Below, in pieces: positions 11,028-19,002 of a DNA stretch of 64,000 nucleotides; the first letter of the stretch is position 1; every line of letters starts with the position of its first letter. Both the position numbers and the translations under genes were made by a program. A model generated the notes under the pieces. The model was not told the DNA's origin, searched no databases, and was given only the letters and a program-made list of their open reading frames with translations. Origin of the DNA: Penicillus capitatus (Eukaryota; Plantae; Chlorophyta). The stretch is taken from the NCBI GenBank assembly GCA_965649825.1, contig OZ287698.1, positions 1,317,949-1,381,948 on the forward strand, in the 5' to 3' direction.

Positions 11028-13889
11028 TCACATCTGCAGCAGCCGTAGCTGGTGCGAGTGACATGACCGGCGATTCCGCCCATCCAGTGTTTCGACCTCG
11101 ATGATATGCGGAGTGATAATAGCGCGGACGCGCCATCCCGACTCCCATTGGGCCGCTAGCTTATGCGCTGGCCGCGGCACCATGATTGCGACCTTGTCTC
11201 CAACTCGCAGATTTCTTCTCGTCGGGATGGTCCGCTCATGTCTCGCTCTTCTTCTTTGGCGCTGGCCGTCCGAGCGTTCTCGCGCCCTTTTTCTGATCCT
11301 TTCCAGCTCTGCGTCCGGGAGCCTGGTGCCATCGGGTCGTTTGCCTGTCATGATGAGCCTCGGGGCATATCCTGTGGCGGAGTGCCACGAGCCATTATAT
11401 GCCGCCTCCACGCGTTGGATGAGTGCTGGCCACGGCGCGCTTGGACCTTCTCTTCGGATACGGCCTAGAATGGTGCCAATTGCTCGTTCCGCCATTCCAT
11501 TGCTCCAGTGAGCGTAGGCAGGAGACAGTGCCATCTCCACGCGGTGCCGGCTGCAATACTCTTCGAAGTCAATGGACACGAAGGCTGCGCCTTGGTCACT
11601 CACGAGCCGGCGAGGGGGCCCGAAGTGATATATCCATTTACGCAGGCCCGCCTTCGCGGCCTCGGCCGTTGGCCCCGCTGAGGCTGTGAGCAGGACATAG
11701 CGGCTGAATCCGTCTATCATGAGAAACACGTGCACGTCATCTTCCTCCTCTTCCCAGTGTATGGGTCCGAGAAAATCGCAAAAAGCCGTGTCGTTGGGGC
11801 AGGGGCAATCCCACGAGCCCCAGACGGGCCGCTGAATGGGTCGTCCGTAGGCCTGACATTGCCTGCACCCTTGGACAAACTGTTGGACATGCGCTTTCAT
11901 TCCTGGCCAGTCTGCTCCCATTGCTTTGAGGTTCCTTAGCGTCGTCTGCCAGTTGAAGTGCCCTTCGTGAGCCTTCTTGATCTGCCTCAGCTGGCCTTGT
12001 GTTGGGCCCGTCGTTGCCTGAGACACCTCAGCTACACCCTTTCCCTTACGGGGTCTGGATAGGAGGTCCGCGCCTCGGTTTTCTGCCCCGGGAACGAACT
12101 CGACAATGAAGTTTTCGTTCCCCAGGAGCCATCCCAGTAGGCGCATCACTCGCTTGTCCTTGAGACTTGGCGCGCTGGTGCTCAGTTGCTCGGCGACCGC
12201 TTGGTTGTCCGTCCGGATGAGCAAAGGAAAGTCCCCTCGTAACGGCTTTGTGGCTTGACAGGCCCACACGATTGCCTTGAGTTCCCCGAGGAAGGATGAA
12301 GTCACTTCCGGCACACTCTTGCTTCCGAGGTCGACGAGGTGCTCGCAATCTGGCCCTTTGGCCCATAGCAGATATCCTGCGTGCTCCCCAGACCAATCCG
12401 TCTCGAGAATGTATTGCGTCGTCCGGAGACCGGGCAGTTCGAGCAATACCTGTCGATCGAGGGCTCGCAGCAGCACCTCCCAGACTTCCCGTCGGGCTTG
12501 GCCCCACCACTCGTCGTCCTGTTTTTTCGCCTTGGCTTCCGCGAGCAGCTGTCGGAGGGGCGCTATCAATCTTTCGAGGTCCACAATGGTTCGCCTTAAA
12601 TAGGAGAGCACTCCGATGAGGCGCTCGAGATCTTTCCAGTGCGTCACTTCCCCGAGTTGGGTCCAACGGCTGCGGAAGTACTCCGTTAGCGTCCATGACC
12701 CATGCGACAGTTCCATTCCCAGGAACTTGACTTTCGTCATCAGGAGCTCGGTCTTCGCGAGATTGACCTTGAGTCCGAACTCCTGGAAACGGGCGAAGAT
12801 GCTACGGACGCGGTCGCAGAGTTCTTCGGGAGTGACGCCGCCTATAAGGAGGTCGTCGGCGTATTGAACCGCACCGAGCCCCTGAACGATCTCGGCGACG
12901 CGCTCAGCGAAAAGGATCGGGCTCCAGGACCATCCCTGCGGCAGGCGCTTCCAGGCGTAGCGGCGGTCTTGCCAGGTGAAGGCAAACGCAGACTGCAGCT
13001 CTGGGCCCACCGGGATGGCGAAGAAACCATCCTTGAGATCCAGCTTTGCGAAGTATCGCCACGCTGGATCCACATCCCATAGTCGCCGCCAGACGTCGAT
13101 CTGGGTCATTCCATGCTTCTTGAAGTGAGCGTTCAGCCAACGAAAATCGTTGGTGAACCTGTAGCTTCCATCCTTTTTGGGGATGGGATACAGGGGGCTC
13201 AAGGCCACGCGCTCACCCATGGAGACTGGTCGTAGATAGCCGCGCTGAACGTAATGTTCAAGCTGCTCCGCTATCTTGCGTCGGTCGGCGACTTGCTCCG
13301 TTTTGTAGGATGTTCGCAACCCTTGCTCTCTGGGTGGCGTCCAGCAGACTTCGTCGGCTCTGACTCGGAGGGGCTCCATTGCGGGCACGATAGGGTGTCG
13401 GCTTAGGTCGCTCACGTCAGGAAAACGACTCGCCAGCTCGTCTCGCAGGGACTCAGCGAGAGTGTCGACGGCGACCGTGTTGATCTTGGCCAGCCGGACT
13501 ACCTCGATGCTGTCGTGTCCATGTAGGGAAACGAGGGGCGTCGTCGGAGTGATTCGGATCACTCTTTCTGACGTATTGTAGACCTCACAACGTATCATTC
13601 CTCCAGACGTCACCACTACTCCAGACAGAACTTCGGGCCGTTGGAAGCAGCTAGCTATTGTGACGCCGCCTTCTACTTCTATCTTCCACGGGAGGTACCA
13701 GCGTTCCCAAGTTCTCGGCGGCAAGAATCTTGGCTTTCCACTCTGCAGCTGGACTCCCTTTGGAGTGATTGAGATCCCGGTTCCATCCTTGATTTCCCAC
13801 TGCTGGTGCACGCGAACAATGCCGCCCCTCCCGTGGCTTTTGGAGGGGGCAGCTAGTTTGGGCGGTGTGCTTCCTGTACTGCCGCGCAC
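11028..13889 (-). CDS. pol: Pol: dUTPase-like fold, reverse transcriptase, RNase H and integrase, expressed by -1 frameshift
   Basis: RT: PKKDGSYRFTNDFR, KLDLKDGF, LPQGW, YADD. RNase H: ETDWS, GELKA, RTDN, ADLLSR. IN: HEGH...CRQC, CDFLGP, VSDQG, MAERA, and a GPY/F-like tail. The ORF has no ATG start (GTG at 13889). Confidence 0.97.
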   Translation of the reverse strand: MRGSTGSTPPKLAAPSKSHGRGGIVRVHQQWEIKDGTGISITPKGVQLQSGKPRFLPPRTWERWYLPWKIEVEGGVTIASCFQRPEVLSGVVVTSGGMIRCEVYNTSERVIRITPTTPLVSLHGHDSIEVVRLAKINTVAVDTLAESLRDELASRFPDVSDLSRHPIVPAMEPLRVRADEVCWTPPREQGLRTSYKTEQVADRRKIAEQLEHYVQRGYLRPVSMGERVALSPLYPIPKKDGSYRFTNDFRWLNAHFKKHGMTQIDVWRRLWDVDPAWRYFAKLDLKDGFFAIPVGPELQSAFAFTWQDRRYAWKRLPQGWSWSPILFAERVAEIVQGLGAVQYADDLLIGGVTPEELCDRVRSIFARFQEFGLKVNLAKTELLMTKVKFLGMELSHGSWTLTEYFRSRWTQLGEVTHWKDLERLIGVLSYLRRTIVDLERLIAPLRQLLAEAKAKKQDDEWWGQARREVWEVLLRALDRQVLLELPGLRTTQYILETDWSGEHAGYLLWAKGPDCEHLVDLGSKSVPEVTSSFLGELKAIVWACQATKPLRGDFPLLIRTDNQAVAEQLSTSAPSLKDKRVMRLLGWLLGNENFIVEFVPGAENRGADLLSRPRKGKGVAEVSQATTGPTQGQLRQIKKAHEGHFNWQTTLRNLKAMGADWPGMKAHVQQFVQGCRQCQAYGRPIQRPVWGSWDCPCPNDTAFCDFLGPIHWEEEEDDVHVFLMIDGFSRYVLLTASAGPTAEAAKAGLRKWIYHFGPPRRLVSDQGAAFVSIDFEEYCSRHRVEMALSPAYAHWSNGMAERAIGTILGRIRREGPSAPWPALIQRVEAAYNGSWHSATGYAPRLIMTGKRPDGTRLPDAELERIRKRARERSDGQRQRRRARHERTIPTRRNLRVGDKVAIMVPRPAHKLAAQWESGWRVRAIITPHIIEVETLDGRNRRSCHSHQLRLLQM
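13821..13862 (-). promoter_or_regulatory. -1 programmed ribosomal frameshift signal
   Basis: In-frame heptamer C CCA AAC (13862-13856) directly before the ORF1 TAG, followed by hairpin GCTGCCCCCTCC-AAAAGCCAC-GGGAGGGGCGGC. Pol lies in the -1 frame. Confidence 0.85.
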
Positions 13890-16714
13890 ATGACCGAGCG
13901 CCCATCCGGGGCCACGAGTCGGTTTCCCGCGAAGTCCAAACTCCAGCCGAAATCTCGCAGAGCGTTGACGCCGACGATTGGGTGCTCAGGCCCGTCTACT
14001 ACGAGAAATGGCACTTGTCTTGTTTCTCCGCCGATGTCTACCGGGAGGCCCACTCGGCCTCGAACCTGAGTGGCCACGCCGTTGAAAGCCTGGACTTCCA
14101 TTGGCTCCGGGAGGGGCTGGATTTCCCAACCGCCTTGTACGCAGCGTTCCGTGGGCATCACGCAGACGGAGGATCCCGAATCCACGAGCATCTGGACTGG
14201 ACTAGCGCCCTCGGCCAGCTTAGCGCGCACGTAGTAGAGCCGCGATGGGTCACTACTTGTGGCGGCGTCCCATACCGCTGCCACTGGTGGCCTGTCGCTT
14301 GGTCCCTCATCTGGTTGTCTCGGGAGCTCACTGACCGGAGGCTGAACCACTTGCTGCCAGAAGAGTGGGCACTCGTTAGTTGCGTGTCCGGATGCGTTGC
14401 AATTTGCACAGCGTCTCTGGTTGGGGCGCCTTGGCGTATGCGTGACTTGCAGCGATGGTCCTCCAACGTGTGGAGCCCGTCTAGGTATTGGTGACGCCGG
14501 GCGCGGTGCGGGAGGTCGGACCATCGGCGGAGGCGGTGGACGTGCCGCCGCAAGGGGCCTTCTGTCCATTTCCAGTTGGTGGAGTCGGTCCAGAATATTT
14601 TCGTATGTCTCGAAATTTGGCGGCAATGCCGGGCTCCGCGAGTGTGGCAACTCTTCGTCTTCACCATCACTGACAGGGCGGAGTTCCCACGCAAGTCGTG
14701 GTTTCGTCCGACGTCGGTCTTGGGTTTCGTCAGAAGCGTAGCCACCTGACCGCTGTCCCTGGCGTCCTCGGCCTCCAGGCGCTCGACCCCCTCGTCTTCC
14801 TCGTCCTCTCTGCCCGCCTCCTCTTCTGTCGCCGCGGGGCGCTTCCTCCCGTGGAACTGGTGGGGACGGCGGTGTGTTTTGCGGAGTCGCTGGAGGGGCT
14901 TCGGGCCTTGGCGCCTCTGGAGCCACTCTTCCCGCTGGTGGCGCGCGGTCTTCAGGCTGACGTGGTCCGGGATTGTTCGTCGACACTTGGGCCACCTCTT
15001 CGACTCTTGGTGCTGTTGGCGACGGACCTTGAACGACTGCCCGTCCCCTGTTCTCCTGTTGCGGAGATGGCTCACTGGTTTGTTCTTCTTGGTGCCCTTG
15101 TCCCGAACTCTGGCTGCTTCGTCCTTGACTCTCCGACCCTTGGCTGCTTCGTCGGCTACGTCGCCCTCTGGCGGCGCCCGCTCGTGGTGTCCTTGGACTC
15201 CGCTGTCGCGGGGAGGCCGGGGCCGGTCGCTCCAGCACAAACTCCTGCCCCAACTTATCCACAAATATCCGGACCATCCACCAGCCGAGTTGCAGGATCC
15301 GGCGGATGAGTCGGAACGGTAGCGCACAAATGGCGACCACCCATTCCACGATCTTCTCGACGGCTTTCTGCAGCGATTCCATGAGGTTCAATCCTCCGTG
15401 GATCATATCCACGGTTTTCTTGAGCAGAGCGCCCAGCACAGCGATTACGCACATCATTACGAAGATCACTATGCCCCAGCCCCAAAACGGTAACCAGGAG
15501 CAGAATGAGGCGAGCAATCCGAGTCCGCTGCGGAGCCACGGCCAGGCGGAAAACAGGTTGCCGGTGGTCTTTGCTCCCCAGCGCTGAAAGTCTTCGAAGG
15601 TGTCCTCGAGTTGCTCCCTTAGGCGTTGGGTGTCGAGATTGTTCTCAATGATACCGTCCTGCCTTGCCTTATCGACCAGCTCAAGCGCCTCTTCGCAGCG
15701 CTTCCTTGCGTTGTCGCAGTGACGCCTGAGCCGGGTCATTGATTCCTCAATTCCTTGCATCTGCTTACTCAGCGAAAGAGTGTTTGCATCCTGGCTTTCT
15801 TTGATCTTCTTTTCCAGGTCGGCGAGCTGTGCCTGGGACAGTTTTCCACTCCTCAGCGCTTCGTCGCGCACCGCCCTAGTCACGTCCGATGCCAATTGAT
15901 TCATCATGCGGTGCGCCCCGGACAGTGTCTCTTCGATACGTTTCTGCCCTTGGGACAGTGGTAGGGCGAATGCTTCGAGCTCCGCAGAGCGCTTGCTTTC
16001 GTAAAGCTTGCGTTCTGCCTGCATGTGCGCAAACATGTGGTTCATCTTACTGAGTTGGAGGATGAGTTGTGCGTCCAAGCCAGAGTTCTTAGTGGATTGT
16101 GCATGACTTAGCGTGTCCACGAAAAGCTCGGCAATTGGCTTGGCCCACGACGTCTTGGGGTCTAGACCGACATATGCCCCCAGCGCCGCCTTCATGCTTG
16201 CGGTAAATGCCGAGTTGAGTTGGAGCTCGTCCCACGCGAAGTCCGTTGTCGGGACGCATTCCGATATCCAGCCCTTCGTATTAAATTTCCATGTCGTTGT
16301 CATCTTTGACCCCCAGGGGCAGCCATCCGGCTGACGTTCGAAGTCACTGAACGCCGCGTAGTATTCGGCGAAACGTTCTTTAGGCGTTTGCCCCTTGTTT
16401 CGTGTGAGAATGACGACGGTCCCGATTAGTCCCAGGAGGAGAAGGGTGTGCAACCGGGAATACCAAATTGCCCTCCATCGCGCCCACGTACGGGGTGGGC
16501 GAGGATTGACGGCTGGAGGGGGTGCGTCCGCTTCTGGTGCGACAACGGGTTCGCCCGCTGGGGCCACCCCAGGTCGGGCGGCGACCGGGGCTCGTCTTCT
16601 TGTCCACCAGTCCTGTAGCTTCTCCAATTGTCTTCCTCCCCATTGGTCGAGATCCGTCAGAGTTTGCTTGAACGCCCGGGCGTTCTCGAAGATAAGCTCC
16701 TCAAATCTACTCAT
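13853..16714 (-). CDS. Retroelement ORF1 (953 aa): TM, coiled coil, TM, Pro/RGG-rich region, CCHC zinc knuckle, aspartic protease
   Basis: TM1 at about aa 88-104 and TM2 at about aa 411-431; CANCNASGHATNEC at 14369-14410; LVDSGS at 14174-14182; IVGVNAL. No capsid motif recognised. Confidence 0.9.
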   Translation of the reverse strand: MSRFEELIFENARAFKQTLTDLDQWGGRQLEKLQDWWTRRRAPVAARPGVAPAGEPVVAPEADAPPPAVNPRPPRTWARWRAIWYSRLHTLLLLGLIGTVVILTRNKGQTPKERFAEYYAAFSDFERQPDGCPWGSKMTTTWKFNTKGWISECVPTTDFAWDELQLNSAFTASMKAALGAYVGLDPKTSWAKPIAELFVDTLSHAQSTKNSGLDAQLILQLSKMNHMFAHMQAERKLYESKRSAELEAFALPLSQGQKRIEETLSGAHRMMNQLASDVTRAVRDEALRSGKLSQAQLADLEKKIKESQDANTLSLSKQMQGIEESMTRLRRHCDNARKRCEEALELVDKARQDGIIENNLDTQRLREQLEDTFEDFQRWGAKTTGNLFSAWPWLRSGLGLLASFCSWLPFWGWGIVIFVMMCVIAVLGALLKKTVDMIHGGLNLMESLQKAVEKIVEWVVAICALPFRLIRRILQLGWWMVRIFVDKLGQEFVLERPAPASPRQRSPRTPRAGAARGRRSRRSSQGSESQGRSSQSSGQGHQEEQTSEPSPQQENRGRAVVQGPSPTAPRVEEVAQVSTNNPGPRQPEDRAPPAGRVAPEAPRPEAPPATPQNTPPSPPVPREEAPRGDRRGGGQRGRGRRGGRAPGGRGRQGQRSGGYASDETQDRRRTKPRLAWELRPVSDGEDEELPHSRSPALPPNFETYENILDRLHQLEMDRRPLAAARPPPPPMVRPPAPRPASPIPRRAPHVGGPSLQVTHTPRRPNQRRCANCNASGHATNECPLFWQQVVQPPVSELPRQPDEGPSDRPPVAAVWDAATSSDPSRLYYVRAKLAEGASPVQMLVDSGSSVCVMPTERCVQGGWEIQPLPEPMEVQAFNGVATQVRGRVGLPVDIGGETRQVPFLVVDGPEHPIVGVNALRDFGWSLDFAGNRLVAPDGRSVMCAAVQEAHRPN

Positions 16715-16863
16715 GACTTGCTGGTTCTCGCCAGGGGGCGCATCTTCCTGGGCCGGGGGAGCGGCCGCTGGTTCGGCAGCGGCTTGTCTTTCTTCTTCGC
16801 GCCTTTGTGCCTCTTGTCGTAACCAACCAAGATGTTGTAATAGCGCGTCGTCAGGTACCCTCC

Positions 16864-17067
16864 TTAATTCAGGAGGGGGTCTTCCTCTTGAGGCTGCTGT
16901 GGCGGTGGACCGTTCGCTCCGAAACCATGTGAAGAACTCCCCCCGGCACCCTCTTCCTGCACCTCCCTCTCGACGTCCTCGGCTTGGACGACACGTATCT
17001 CTCCCTCGCCTTGGCCGGGAGGTGGAGGTGGAGCATTGTTGCCGGAGTCGTTCCCGTGTTGGCTCAT
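16864..17067 (-). CDS. LTR-initiated upstream ORF (67 aa), possibly the true N-terminus of ORF1
   Basis: ATG 17067 lies inside the 5' LTR and reads [17 protein letters not shown]...QQPQEEDPLLN*. The ORF1 frame is open across the same span in the -1 frame. Confidence 0.45.
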   Translation of the reverse strand: MSQHGNDSGNNAPPPPPGQGEGEIRVVQAEDVEREVQEEGAGGSSSHGFGANGPPPQQPQEEDPLLN

Positions 17068-17538
17068 CTCACAAGCGCAGCGGAAGTCTTGGAATTGGAT
17101 GAGGATGGGCGAAAGCTCGGAGGCCACACAAACAGCTTTTGCAGCAAAGAGCGACTTGTTACAACTTTGGGAATAGACAGCGAATGTTTTTGACAGATTG
17201 TATGCGGTTCAGAACACAAGTGTAAACTTTTGATGTTTTAAACGAAAGGTGGTTTATGTGTCCGACCCTCGTTTAAATACCCAGTCCCCGATGTGACAGT
17301 AGGAAAAGTATAAGAAGTTCAAGAGTGAGTTCATGGTGAGGTTCCGAATGAGACGTAGGAAGTTCATTACGAAACTCTAGAAGTTTCCTGAGAAGCTCAG
17401 CGTGAACTTCGCAGGGACTCACTCCTTGTCATCGCGACTCAGCAGCGACGGTTACGTTGCGTAGCCAAGAGTGAAAGCAAGACATCACTACTGTCACCGT
17501 CACATCACCGTTTCCTGCACTTCGCGCCTTTCTTCACA
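16928..17538 (-). repeat. 5' LTR (611 bp)
   Basis: Copy of 9012-9622, followed by TSD GGGCC. Confidence 0.97.
17272..17279 (-). promoter_or_regulatory. TATA-like box in the LTR (copy at 9356-9363)
   Basis: Minus-strand TATTTAAA, placed upstream of the uORF and ORF1 in the sense direction. Confidence 0.45.
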
Positions 17539-17543
17539 GGGCC

Positions 17544-17682
17544 ATCGGAGCAGAGCGTTCTCGGCCGAACCCTCGTGATACACGCCGACGAAGATGATTT
17601 GGGTCTCGTGGGAAATGCTGGAAGCCTTGCCACTGGCAATGCCGGTGCTCGTGTCGGATGCTGCGTCATCACAGTAACATGA
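17544..17682 (+). pseudogene. SOD: Cu/Zn superoxide dismutase, 3' part, resuming after the insertion
   Basis: [20 protein letters not shown]...[18 protein letters not shown]. It is in frame with the 5' part once the element and one GGGCC copy are removed. Confidence 0.93.
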
Positions 17683-17902
17683 AGCTTCACACAGATGCAC
17701 GATGTATAACCTCTTCCCTCTTTCTTTACTGAAGAGAGGGATATAATAGATCTGTATATTCTAATCCATGCAAACATGCGACATGTGTTCGCTCACTGAC
17801 GATAAACCACATAGACGATCTTCCTTCCTTAGAAGGGACTGTTCGTTTTGTTATGCAATCAGCTAGAGTTGCAGTCGTACGGATCGTCCGTCTTTCGACA
17901 TC

Positions 17903-18773
17903 ATGAAAATCTATACGCGTACTGGTGACGGTGGTCAGTCGAGTCTCTACAACGGCGAGCGTGCGTCTAAAACGCATCCGGTGTTCGAGGCGTTGGGAAG
18001 TGTCGATGAGCTGAATTCAGTCATTGGCCTGGCACGAGAATATGCAACACTGCAGGAGCAAGATGATCCCTTGTTGCAACAAGTGCGATCTCCGATATCT
18101 TGTCTCCTCGACGCTCTTTCAGTTGGTCTTCGTACAATCTCGGCTGTTGGATGTGGGATCTGCCGTCGCTACGCCGAAAGGAACGTCATCGGAAGAGGCT
18201 ATTAAACGCGTTGCCTTCGATCCTGAAGCCACAACGAAGCTCGAAGTGTGACGCAGCACTCTAGACACTGTCCCTTTGTCCACTCTATCGGACGTTTAGG
18301 CTTGGATTGATGAGATGAATGAGACACTGCCTCCTCTAAAACAGTTTATTTTGCCTTCAGGTGATCCTCTCCCCATAACCCTCCTGAGCATAACACTCCT
18401 TGACAGGCGGCCTAGCAGCATCACAATTGCATGTGGCCCGATCGGTCAGTCATCTTTATTGTGGGCTCCTACGACTTTTTCTTAGATCTGTCGACGTGCC
18501 GAGAGAAGCATCGTTCCCATGGTCACTGAGGGAGATGTTGATGCTGGAATTGTGGTTTTCATGAATCGGTGAGTGCCATAAGAGCGCCAAAAAGAATGTT
18601 AACAGTGTGATGCGTAGGCTGAGCGATTATCTCTTCACGGCTGCACGATTCATGGTTCGCATACCGTATAGCTTCAGCTGTCGCTTACAAATGTCAACTT
18701 TCAGGCAACAAAATGTGGACGAGCTGAGCAAAAGTACAAGAAGTCTGGAGGGGTTTCAGTAGGTGGACAATGA
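17903..18773 (+). CDS. MMAB: ATP:cob(I)alamin adenosyltransferase (PduO/MMAB type), multi-exon
   Basis: MKIYTRTGDGGQSSL, EALGSVDELNSVIGLA, LPPLKQFILPS, CRRAERS and NRLSDYLFTAAR across short introns; stop at 18771-18773. Confidence 0.92.
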
Positions 18774-19002
18774 CAATCTGCACGGTCATTGGTGCTCAAA
18801 TTCTCAGACCCACGACTTTATGACATCTCAACACATCGAACTGCCCAGTGAGGACAAAAGCGTTGTCGATGGACTCTTATGTTTTGAACCATCAGCAGCT
18901 TGAAATCTTAGCAATAGTATTGATTCCGCCGTCTTACCGATTCTGCGTAGTCATCAGTTGCCGGCATCCTTGGAACGTCAATCGACTCATTGTCATCACG
19001 AT

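Larger units (their letters stand above)
9012..17538 (-). mobile_element. Full-length Ty3/gypsy-type LTR retrotransposon (8527 bp) with three ORFs
   Basis: Two 611-bp LTRs (TG...CA), 5-bp TSD GGGCC at 9007-9011 and 17539-17543, domain order PR-RT-RNaseH-IN, and all ORFs uninterrupted. Confidence 0.97.

Noticed and set aside
14158-15327. 389-aa alternative-frame ORF inside ORF1, and antisense ORFs such as 13865-14494, 14698-15309 and 16395-17102
   Set aside because: They overlap GC-rich, low-complexity coding sequence where stop-free shadow frames are expected, and show no motifs.
16870-16880. AGGAGGGGG as the polypurine tract
   Set aside because: It is on the wrong strand and end for a minus-strand element and about 50 nt from the LTR.
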